A DNA stretch of 64,000 nucleotides from Patescibacteria group bacterium (lineage in GTDB: Bacteria > Patescibacteriota > Microgenomatia > UBA10105 > UBA927): assembly GCA_003545435.1 (NCBI GenBank), contig DPYI01000025.1, forward strand, positions 19,701 to 83,700. The letters are read 5' to 3'. Shown here piece by piece: positions 39,852 to 48,058 of this stretch. The translations under genes and the position numbers were made by a program. The notes beneath the pieces were generated by a model. The model saw only the letters and a program-made list of their open reading frames with translations, had not been told where the DNA came from and ran no database searches. Each line of letters starts with the position of its first letter. Position 1 is the first letter of the stretch.

Positions 39852-41521
39852 ACAATAAAAACGCATCCGGATAATACAATAAGCAGAACCGATGCTAAGC
39901 TTATCATAGTAGCCACACGACGACGTTTCGTATCAGTAAATTTAACAACCACATAGTGATCGCCTTCATCTATCCAGAATGTCATGAGTCCTCGATACGT
40001 TGAATCCTGAAATTGAAGTCCTGCAGAAATTCCGTCAACATAAATTTTCCAACCGGGGAAATACAGTGTATTTTCAACCAGACGTGTTTGCTTCGTTGCT
40101 CGCACTCGATATTCATGTATAGTTGATAAACGTCTCTCTGCCTCGATTTTCGCGTCTCCGTCAATAACCTCCATCGGATTGGCAGGAGTATGTTCCATAA
40201 ATCGTACGGACCAAATCGGGCTGCTTTCTCCTGTATCTGTAGTCCCTGCATAAATACCGGCATATGATGTATCCCCGTCTGCTGCGTACCCTTTCGGATG
40301 CCACATATATATAGTTGAAGCTATTATCAACAAACTGCACACGATAATGTATGAGCTGCAATAACGCGAAAGAAAGCGAGCCAATACCGACGGTAATTCG
40401 ACTATTCCTATTCCGCCAATAACTGCAGCAATAAATGTGGTTAAGCTTAAAAATCTCCAGGGAAACTGAAAATTCTGAAGAATTTTAATCCTTGTCCAAA
40501 TAAATTCGGACGCGGAGGTCATTATAAATAAAGAAAAAATGAATATCATGAGGGAAGCAGCCAGTAGAATCCGTACCCTCATGTTTTTCGATTTCAATAT
40601 AATAATAATTGATGTTATTAATCCTATCCATTGAAAATATCCAATGGATTTTGTAAGAGTCGCAGTTCCTCCGTAATTCCAAGGCGAATAAAAAAACCAT
40701 GAAAATGGTACAAAACGGGTCATCGCTTCTCCTGCGGTTACAATATTTCTCAGCGTGTATTTACCTTCAAAAAATGCAGGGATCCAAAAAAATGCGGAAA
40801 GACCAAAGCCGAGGAGTATAAAGTATAAAGTATTAAGCATAAAGTATAAAGATAGTTTTGATTCATAAACGTAAAGATAAAGAACATATAATCCAATAAC
40901 GGGTAAAAACATGAGCGATATAGCATTGTGAGATAAAATAAATAATGCAAATGACACAGTTAATCCAATTCCATGCTTGACACTTGATACGTGATACCTG
41001 ATACTCTTTTCCCGTATTGCAAGTTTGTAAAGGAAATAACAAATCAGGGGCGGAAAAACAAAAGCCGCGTGTTCACCTATGGCACCCCTTACATAAAGGT
41101 CAACAAACCGATACGGAGCAAATCCATAAAGAAGCGCACCAACAAATCCTACCTTCGTTCCCCACACCTCTTTCATCCATACATACATGGTTAGCAGGCT
41201 TGCTATATAGCTGATAACAAAAACGGCCTTAGTCGCATCCACAAATGAAAATCCGATAAAATGAAGCACGGATGCCGTATACGAAGAAAATGGATAGAGA
41301 AACATTAAGATGGGATGACCATAGCCCCAATTTAAATTTCCCGCCCAACGGGGAATCAGAATCCCCTCCTGTAATGAAGCATAAAAATTAGCAATTCGAA
41401 CCACATGATCCCTGCCATCATGCGTTATCGGAAGTCCGGGATGGAAAAAACTTATAAGAGGCAATAAGGATATGCCCAAAATAATAAGAGGAATAAGTGA
41501 TAGTAAGGTACATTTTTTCAT
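39833..41521 (-). CDS. membrane protein, PTPS-related/YfhO-like putative GT-C (HDG group)
   Basis: THDGRDH, PRWAGNLNWGYGHP, LYVRGAIGE, LSHN, QFPWRF, YFPGW. Confidence 0.72.
   Translation of the reverse strand: MKKCTLLSLIPLIILGISLLPLISFFHPGLPITHDGRDHVVRIANFYASLQEGILIPRWAGNLNWGYGHPILMFLYPFSSYTASVLHFIGFSFVDATKAVFVISYIASLLTMYVWMKEVWGTKVGFVGALLYGFAPYRFVDLYVRGAIGEHAAFVFPPLICYFLYKLAIREKSIRYHVSSVKHGIGLTVSFALFILSHNAISLMFLPVIGLYVLYLYVYESKLSLYFMLNTLYFILLGFGLSAFFWIPAFFEGKYTLRNIVTAGEAMTRFVPFSWFFYSPWNYGGTATLTKSIGYFQWIGLITSIIIILKSKNMRVRILLAASLMIFIFSLFIMTSASEFIWTRIKILQNFQFPWRFLSLTTFIAAVIGGIGIVELPSVLARFLSRYCSSYIIVCSLLIIASTIYMWHPKGYAADGDTSYAGIYAGTTDTGESSPIWSVRFMEHTPANPMEVIDGDAKIEAERRLSTIHEYRVRATKQTRLVENTLYFPGWKIYVDGISAGLQFQDSTYRGLMTFWIDEGDHYVVVKFTDTKRRRVATMISLASVLLIVLSGCVFIVCRKRK
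40815..40849. repeat. heptamer tandem repeat (AGTATAA, about 5 units)
   Basis: agtataa agtataa agtatta agcataa agtataa. Confidence 0.75.
40974..41004. repeat. degenerate heptamer tandem repeat (TACnTGA, about 4 units)
   Basis: tgcttga cacttga tacgtga tacctga tac. Confidence 0.6.
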
Positions 41522-41525
41522 ACTT

Positions 41526-43019
41526 CTATTGTGCCATACGTTTCTCAATAAGAAAACCTGATGGCAGCTCTTTTGTAGAAACAACAGCTCCGTCCTTCAC
41601 AACCGTTTCCAACCACCCTTTATATGACCACGGTTTTCCTGCATCCGGCTCCATGAGAAGATAAAACACGCCGCGTTTCTCGTTATGGGGAACATAATGG
41701 TACTTCTTTGTTCCGATCCACCAAAAAAGATAATCATACGGATACGTATAGACAGGGGGAGTAAACACTAATACTCCGAATGGCGTGCCTTTTGCGTCTT
41801 GAAATATCGCTTCTATTGCCTCCGTTCTTCCTTTAATTTTTTGAGTCCCGCCGAAATCGTCATAGTCATGTTTCCACATCTGGCGCGTATACGGAATTAC
41901 AGACTGAATTAATTTTACAAAAAACAGGAGAATTATTATTTTACCAAAAATATTCTTTCTAAAAAGATAAGAACACAATAGTCCCACAAGCACTATGTAC
42001 AGAATGGGTAATTCCAGCAGCCACCACTCCCATAGAACTGCTTTATAAAAAAGAAATATAACGAAAATGATGCATGGAATACTAAATAAACTTATGAGAA
42101 ATAGTTTATATTCCTTCTTTATTTTTCTATCGCATATGATTATTCCCAATAAAACGACACATGCCGGGATGAACAGTGTTCTATATGGAAAAAAAGGGAA
42201 AGTACCGAATAAATTTGAGGAAAAAACCGCCACATGATCATAAAAAAGTTTTGACAAAGAAGGAGGGTGGGGTTGGGTTGGTGCTGTTACTGCCATTCGC
42301 CATATGCCTTTTAGATTTAAAAATTGGTGCCGAAGATCAAAAATCAATATCGGAATTAACGGAATGAATCCCCCGATCATGCTATCCTTAAGAACATCCG
42401 GACGGATTTTTGTTGTACCGAATACTATAATGCACGTTGCAATCCCCAATGTTGCTGCCGTCGCAATTTCAAAATGCGTCATGAGTCCTAAAAGAAAAAA
42501 AATGAAAAACCACGAACGATGACCGCCCTGAAACATCCGGTAGAGTGCCTCTACATAAAAAACCGTAATAAGCGGGATGACAAAGGGGGGCCATGCAAAT
42601 CGCGATTGAATGGCTATAGACGGAGATATGGCTATCAAAAAACTGATACAAAATCCTGCAACTCTTCCAAACCTGAGGGAAAAAATGTAATACGCAAGAA
42701 TGACAGTGCTTAATCCTATGCAGAACATGAGAAAAAGCTGACCATAAGGATTACCCTGAAAAAACAAAAATGGGATTGCCAAAAGATAATACCATCCGGC
42801 TCCCTGAAAAAATCCTCCCCCGCCGCCGACTTCGTCTCCGATAAGAGGCAGCGCATGATCAATGACAATTGACTTTGCAGCAAGCCAATGTTTCCCCTGA
42901 TCAAAACCAAAAAGGAAGTTCTTATTCAGAACTTCGATGGAACGTGGGGCGCTGGCAATACAAAGCAGGAAAAAACAGATAAAAAGTGAAATAGCAGTCT
43001 CCCTTTTAATCAATTTCAT
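41526..43019 (-). CDS. GT-C glycosyltransferase (DQ group)
   Basis: FGFDQGKHW, PLIGDE..GGFFQGAGWYY, SRFAWPP, FDLRH. Confidence 0.7.
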   Translation of the reverse strand: MKLIKRETAISLFICFFLLCIASAPRSIEVLNKNFLFGFDQGKHWLAAKSIVIDHALPLIGDEVGGGGGFFQGAGWYYLLAIPFLFFQGNPYGQLFLMFCIGLSTVILAYYIFSLRFGRVAGFCISFLIAISPSIAIQSRFAWPPFVIPLITVFYVEALYRMFQGGHRSWFFIFFLLGLMTHFEIATAATLGIATCIIVFGTTKIRPDVLKDSMIGGFIPLIPILIFDLRHQFLNLKGIWRMAVTAPTQPHPPSLSKLFYDHVAVFSSNLFGTFPFFPYRTLFIPACVVLLGIIICDRKIKKEYKLFLISLFSIPCIIFVIFLFYKAVLWEWWLLELPILYIVLVGLLCSYLFRKNIFGKIIILLFFVKLIQSVIPYTRQMWKHDYDDFGGTQKIKGRTEAIEAIFQDAKGTPFGVLVFTPPVYTYPYDYLFWWIGTKKYHYVPHNEKRGVFYLLMEPDAGKPWSYKGWLETVVKDGAVVSTKELPSGFLIEKRMAQ

Positions 43020-43025
43020 AGAATC

Positions 43026-43061
43026 CTTTACTGTAATTCAATCGATTGAATTACAGTAAAG
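43026..43061. repeat. perfect 36-bp palindrome
   Basis: CTTTACTGTAATTCAATC|GATTGAATTACAGTAAAG equals its own reverse complement. Confidence 0.95.
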
Positions 43062-43070
43062 TAAGTCGAA

Positions 43071-44579
43071 TTAATTACTGCTCTTTATGGTTCGTTTTTC
43101 AATAATAAATCCTGACGGAAGTTGCCATGTTTTTTCGATGGTACCGTCTTTAATAACCGTCTCTATCCAACCCTTATGCCTCCATGGCTCTCCTGTATCC
43201 GGTTCAATCAAAAGATAAAATATACCCTTTTTTTCACTCGGGGGTATGTATCCGTATTGGCTTTGTCCGTACCACCATATGAGATAGTCGTAGGCATATG
43301 TATAGATGGGAGGCGTAAAAACAAGAAGGCCGAATTTTTCTCCCTGAGCATCTTTAAAAATAACGTCCAGCGCATCTTTTTTCCCCTTAATCTTATGAAC
43401 ACCGCCATAATCCGACAATTCATTTTGAAATGACTGATGTGTTTTTTGTCCGTATGACAGAATCATGAGTCCTAAGATGCTTACAACAATACATTTCATG
43501 ATCAGCCCCTGTTTCCATGCATAAGAGGTGATAATGCCCCCTAATACGGTATATATCACTGTAAGTTCCGATATCCACCATGGCCATAAATCGTCTTTAT
43601 AAAATATAAATACAAAAAAAAGAACTGCCGGCAACAGACATAAAAATCCGATAAAACGTTTCTTAACGAGAGGAATTTTTCTGTCCATAATCATCGCAAT
43701 TGATCCAGCTGCCATAAAACCTACAAGGTAAATTTTCGGAATATAGGTAACCTGAAAAGCCCGGTAAAACTCATCGGAAAATATCATCCTGTGATTAGAT
43801 AGTATCTTCAGATACTCAATGGTTGAACCAACATATCGTTTTGATCCGGTAAGGGTTTCCAATACTCCTCTGCTGTTTAGAAAATCATGCCGAATATCAA
43901 ATATGATCAGCGGAAAAAGAGGTATCAAAAAGCATACTAAACCAAAAAGCAAATATCTTATTGGAATTTTTTCCTTCATGAGAAATGTTCCGAAAATGAT
44001 GACTGTCGAGATAAAAAGTGAACCCGCTGTGGCTATTTCAAAATGCGCCATAAGACCTATGGTAAAAAATACCCCTAAAATATACCGGTATTTTTTTTCA
44101 CAAACCAAGTAAACATTCCGCAACAAGACAACGGTAAGAAAAGGTATAACAAACGGAGGCCATGCAAATCGTGAATTAGAAATAAGAATAGGAGCAAGTG
44201 AAAGCATAAACGCAACCGCCAACACTTCTTTTTTGCTTAATAATGTATAAAAAAGCGACAGAAACAGAATAATTATTCCGACTCCGATACCAAACATTAA
44301 AACGACTGCTCCATATGGATCGCCTTGAAAAAAGAAAAACGGAATTGCCAAAAGATAATACCATCCGGGCCCCTGAAAAAAACCTCCCCGCCCGCCCACT
44401 TCATCTCCTATAAGCGGAAATTTGTGGTCAATGACAATTGATTTTGCCGCAAGCCAATGTTTTCCCTGATCAAACCCGAAAACATAATTCCCGCTGATAA
44501 GTTCAATCAACCGCGGCATTGCGGCAAGTATAATAATCCCCACACTGACGAGAATAACGACGAGTGCTTTTTTGTTCAT
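43071..44579 (-). CDS. GT-C glycosyltransferase (DQ group), tandem paralogue of 41526-43019
   Basis: Identical FGFDQGKHWLAAKSIVIDH; shared SRFAWPPFVIP, HFEIATA, VFTPP and LPSGF.IEKR. Confidence 0.7.
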   Translation of the reverse strand: MNKKALVVILVSVGIIILAAMPRLIELISGNYVFGFDQGKHWLAAKSIVIDHKFPLIGDEVGGRGGFFQGPGWYYLLAIPFFFFQGDPYGAVVLMFGIGVGIIILFLSLFYTLLSKKEVLAVAFMLSLAPILISNSRFAWPPFVIPFLTVVLLRNVYLVCEKKYRYILGVFFTIGLMAHFEIATAGSLFISTVIIFGTFLMKEKIPIRYLLFGLVCFLIPLFPLIIFDIRHDFLNSRGVLETLTGSKRYVGSTIEYLKILSNHRMIFSDEFYRAFQVTYIPKIYLVGFMAAGSIAMIMDRKIPLVKKRFIGFLCLLPAVLFFVFIFYKDDLWPWWISELTVIYTVLGGIITSYAWKQGLIMKCIVVSILGLMILSYGQKTHQSFQNELSDYGGVHKIKGKKDALDVIFKDAQGEKFGLLVFTPPIYTYAYDYLIWWYGQSQYGYIPPSEKKGIFYLLIEPDTGEPWRHKGWIETVIKDGTIEKTWQLPSGFIIEKRTIKSSN

Positions 44580-44583
44580 CTTA

Positions 44584-46284
44584 TCAGTCCTTTCTATCTT
44601 TTATTTCAATCGCTGACATGCCGTTTAAGAATGTAATATGTGCGTTATTTCCATGCGGGATTTCGCTTGTGGAACCGACATAGAGAATACTCCCGTCAAA
44701 TTCCTCGGTTTGCCAATGAAGCGGCCGGAATTCATACTTATCAAATGCATTCCCCCGCTCTGCAAAACTTCCTGATTTTGTTCCGCCTCCTTCTAAATAT
44801 TTCACTGGATCGAACTGGGTATAAAACAGATAGAACATGTATGATTGTTCAAGTCCTGTTGATACGACGACCTTTTTATATTTGTTTTTTACCAACTCCG
44901 TATATGCTACTGCTTCTTTATATCCGTATTGCCAGTGCTGAGAATACTCCCTGTTCATAATAAGGAAATATTGAACACAATAGTATGTAATATTAAACAG
45001 TGCAAAACAAAAAATAACAGTCAGAAAACAATAAAAGACTATCTGCTTCATCTTTGATTTTTGATCCGTCGGCTGACGGATGATTTTTGATCTTACGAAT
45101 ACGATTCCAACCGCGGTAACTATTTGAAATATCGGAAGAAATACTAATGTTCGAATTGCATGCGGGAGTCCAGACGTCGGAGCAGCAGCAATTGGAGAGA
45201 TAAGAAACCAACCAAATAAAAATTGACAGACTTTTCCTTTGTTTCTTGCAAGGATATATAACCCGATAAGGAAAAACGGTAATTCCCAAATGTACAAAAG
45301 ACCCATATCAGGAGCATGATGACGGGGATTGTCTCCTGTTAAAAAAAGCCATTTCAGTGAAAAATGAGACAAATATCCTGACGCAATGGTTTTTGCATAT
45401 ACAAGACGTCTGTTGTCCAATAGTTCTCCCATGATGTCATGATTTTTTTTATCCTCTTCTATCTTGGGAATTGTTCTTCCCAAAAGTCCGATTTGATCGG
45501 AGAATGAACTTGTCCCTTTGAGCCGAAGCACTGCAGTTTTATCGAAAAGAACCGGAATAATCGGCAATACGGTCAAAAATCCGACGATGACGGCCCCTAA
45601 TACGAATCGCCTCTTGTCTTTTGACAACAATTCCTTTCTCCATGTGACGACAAGAAGAATCACAAGAAGAGGAAGAAAAATCCTCTCGCTGTGATATGCA
45701 TATAAACCAAGGCCAAACAGAAATGCCGATAAAAAAAGAAATCCCCTTTTCCGTAATCCCGCAAGGAAACACGTTACTGCCCAAATATTTATCGTAATTC
45801 CGGAATTTGCCTCAAAAGCTATTCGGGAAAACTGGATGTGCCAGGGAGAGATAGCGAGAAAAAAACTAGAGAGTAGAGCAATGAGGGCAACCGAATCTTT
45901 ATAATCTTTATAATTGTTATAATTTTTATTTAATTGAACAGGAAGTACCAAGACTAAAAAATAGACTCCAACAACAGCCAATATCCCCATAACAGCAGAG
46001 GGTAGGCGTGTTGACCACACGCTTAATCCAAATAGAGCTACGGACGGAACTGTCAAGTACGTGTATAGCGGAGGCTTATAATCATCAAATGAACGGATCG
46101 AAAGAGGAAGAAATGTTCCATATTCATCCTTTCCTGTTTTTGAAATCGAATATGCATTATATCCTAAAGCCGTTTCATCCCAATCCGGACTGGGAGGCAC
46201 GTCACCCAATTGATACAATCGGAAAAAACCGGCTATCAGAACAATCAGGCTTACAAGAATCGCTTGTTTTATTTTCTCATTCAT
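44584..46284 (-). CDS. GT-C glycosyltransferase (PMT_2/ArnT-like, WDE group)
   Basis: DWDETALGYNAYSI.KTGKDEYG, DYKPP, RLPSA, SPWHIQFSR, PHAIR. Confidence 0.8.
   Translation of the reverse strand: MNEKIKQAILVSLIVLIAGFFRLYQLGDVPPSPDWDETALGYNAYSISKTGKDEYGTFLPLSIRSFDDYKPPLYTYLTVPSVALFGLSVWSTRLPSAVMGILAVVGVYFLVLVLPVQLNKNYNNYKDYKDSVALIALLSSFFLAISPWHIQFSRIAFEANSGITINIWAVTCFLAGLRKRGFLFLSAFLFGLGLYAYHSERIFLPLLVILLVVTWRKELLSKDKRRFVLGAVIVGFLTVLPIIPVLFDKTAVLRLKGTSSFSDQIGLLGRTIPKIEEDKKNHDIMGELLDNRRLVYAKTIASGYLSHFSLKWLFLTGDNPRHHAPDMGLLYIWELPFFLIGLYILARNKGKVCQFLFGWFLISPIAAAPTSGLPHAIRTLVFLPIFQIVTAVGIVFVRSKIIRQPTDQKSKMKQIVFYCFLTVIFCFALFNITYYCVQYFLIMNREYSQHWQYGYKEAVAYTELVKNKYKKVVVSTGLEQSYMFYLFYTQFDPVKYLEGGGTKSGSFAERGNAFDKYEFRPLHWQTEEFDGSILYVGSTSEIPHGNNAHITFLNGMSAIEIKDRKD
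45894..45929. repeat. 9-mer tandem repeat (AATyTTTAT-like) x4
   Basis: aatctttat aatctttat aattgttat aatttttat; encodes KNYNNYKDYKD. Confidence 0.75.
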
Positions 46285-47962
46285 ATATCACGAGAATCGG
46301 ATTACCGTTTAATACGTTAACCGTATGCAATATTTTTTTATCTCTTGTTTCAGTTCCTGCTGGAGCAATATAAAGACACGTACCGGTGCAATCCTCAGGC
46401 ATATCGCTCGTAAAATGGTATTTCCCAAATCCATACACATGGTAAAACCCTGCTGCATCAAACGATGCGTTTTTCGTACGGAAGAATTCATGAGGATCCG
46501 TTTTATTATAGAAAAGAGTGTACATATATGGTCTGCCGATTGATCCAGTCATATATATCGTGTCATAGTTGCTTTCGATAGGTTGGATGAACTGCAGTGC
46601 TTGTTTGTATCCGTATTGCCACTCGCCGGAGAATTCCTTTGGGTAATGAACGTAATAATTGTGGAGATAATATATAACGCCGAAGCCATAGAAAGATGCG
46701 AGCAATAAACAAAAAGCAAACAAGAATACTTTCCTTGTCAGCTTCATTTTTATACGTAATACTGTCGTTAGTATCCCGTATGCTGTGAATATCTGCCACG
46801 TAGGAAGGCTATTGAGGGTCCGCAGGGCATGCGGTGTCTCCCTGGCAACAGCAGCAGGGGCTATTGCCATGATCATCCAATATAAAAGAAAGAGTGCAAT
46901 TGATCGATGTTGTACCAACATCGATAATACCCCTATCGCAACAAACGGAGCTTCAATCAGATACAACTGTCCCACATCCTGTATGGAAAATTTCGGATTT
47001 CCGTCGCCTTTTATAAATAAATATTCCGGCTGGAAATGATCAAGAAAATGGAGCATATAGCTCCTGGCATACCCAACGCGGCGGTTAAACAGTATTTTTG
47101 CCCACCATGCATGCCTGGCTTCTTCAATTCTTCTGTTGGAAACAAGAACAATCTCCGGATCACTGAAAATATTTACTTCCGTAAAACGAAGTCTGGCCTC
47201 TTTTGAGAGTAAATGAGGAATGATCGGAATCATGAAAAAAACTGCAATAATGACACCTGCTCCAAAAAAGCGCAGGTGTTTCTTTACGGCATTTCGTCCC
47301 ATAAAAAGCAGTCCTCCTGCCATAAGCGGAACAAAATACCGAGCACTGTTAAACGTATAGACAGCTCCGACAAACGGAATCCATGCTGCAATCCATAATT
47401 TCGGCCTGTCTATGGCCTTTAACACAGCGATGATTCCCAGTACGACAAAAAATAAAGCGATATTTGCCTCAAATCCTGCCCGGGACAAATTAATATGCCA
47501 TGGGGAGATTGCCAACAGCAAACTTGATAACAAAGCAATTTGAAATTTGAAATTTGAAATTTGAAATTTATTTGAAAATTGAAAATTGGATTTTGAAAAT
47601 TTGCTGTTGTTAAAATCAGATCTAAATAATTCAATAACTAAAAAATACGTAAGCAGTATCGTCAGCGTCCCAAAAAGGGCAGAAGGAAAACGCACTGCAA
47701 ACTCATTTAATCCAAAAACGGCAACAGATGGTACAGTAAGATAAATGCCAAGAGGCGGTTTATAATCTCCATAGGCAGTAAACGTATCCAGAGGAAAAAA
47801 TCGACCATGCTCATCCTTGCCGGTTTTGAGAATCGAATAGGCATTGTACCCGATTGATACTTCGTCCCAAGAAAGAGACGGTGGATTTCCAGACAGCTGA
47901 ACAGTGCGGAGAAAAAAAGCAAAAATAGTAATAATAAACAATAAGCAAAATTGCTTTTTCAT
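46277..47962 (-). CDS. GT-C glycosyltransferase (PMT_2/ArnT-like, WDE group)
   Basis: SWDEVSIGYNAYSILKTGKDEHG, DYKPP, RFPSA, SPWH, PHALR. Confidence 0.8.
   Translation of the reverse strand: MKKQFCLLFIITIFAFFLRTVQLSGNPPSLSWDEVSIGYNAYSILKTGKDEHGRFFPLDTFTAYGDYKPPLGIYLTVPSVAVFGLNEFAVRFPSALFGTLTILLTYFLVIELFRSDFNNSKFSKSNFQFSNKFQISNFKFQIALLSSLLLAISPWHINLSRAGFEANIALFFVVLGIIAVLKAIDRPKLWIAAWIPFVGAVYTFNSARYFVPLMAGGLLFMGRNAVKKHLRFFGAGVIIAVFFMIPIIPHLLSKEARLRFTEVNIFSDPEIVLVSNRRIEEARHAWWAKILFNRRVGYARSYMLHFLDHFQPEYLFIKGDGNPKFSIQDVGQLYLIEAPFVAIGVLSMLVQHRSIALFLLYWMIMAIAPAAVARETPHALRTLNSLPTWQIFTAYGILTTVLRIKMKLTRKVFLFAFCLLLASFYGFGVIYYLHNYYVHYPKEFSGEWQYGYKQALQFIQPIESNYDTIYMTGSIGRPYMYTLFYNKTDPHEFFRTKNASFDAAGFYHVYGFGKYHFTSDMPEDCTGTCLYIAPAGTETRDKKILHTVNVLNGNPILVIYE
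47537..47603. repeat. heptamer tandem repeat (AATTTGA)4 plus degenerate copies
   Basis: aatttga x4, then aaattga/aaattgg/attttga; encodes KFSKSNFQFSNKFQISNFKFQI. Confidence 0.9.
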
Positions 47963-47996
47963 ACAAATTACTATCACATTGCTAAAGATATGCTTT

Positions 47997-48005
47997 ATTG
48001 TACCA
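47997..48005 (-). promoter_or_regulatory. extended -10 promoter TGGTACAAT in a divergent gap
   Basis: TGnTAcAAT about 35 nt upstream of ATG 47962. Confidence 0.45.
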
Positions 48006-48058
48006 TGTAATGAAAGATGGATTTATTATATACTCATAGAAGAGAAAGATTCATTACC

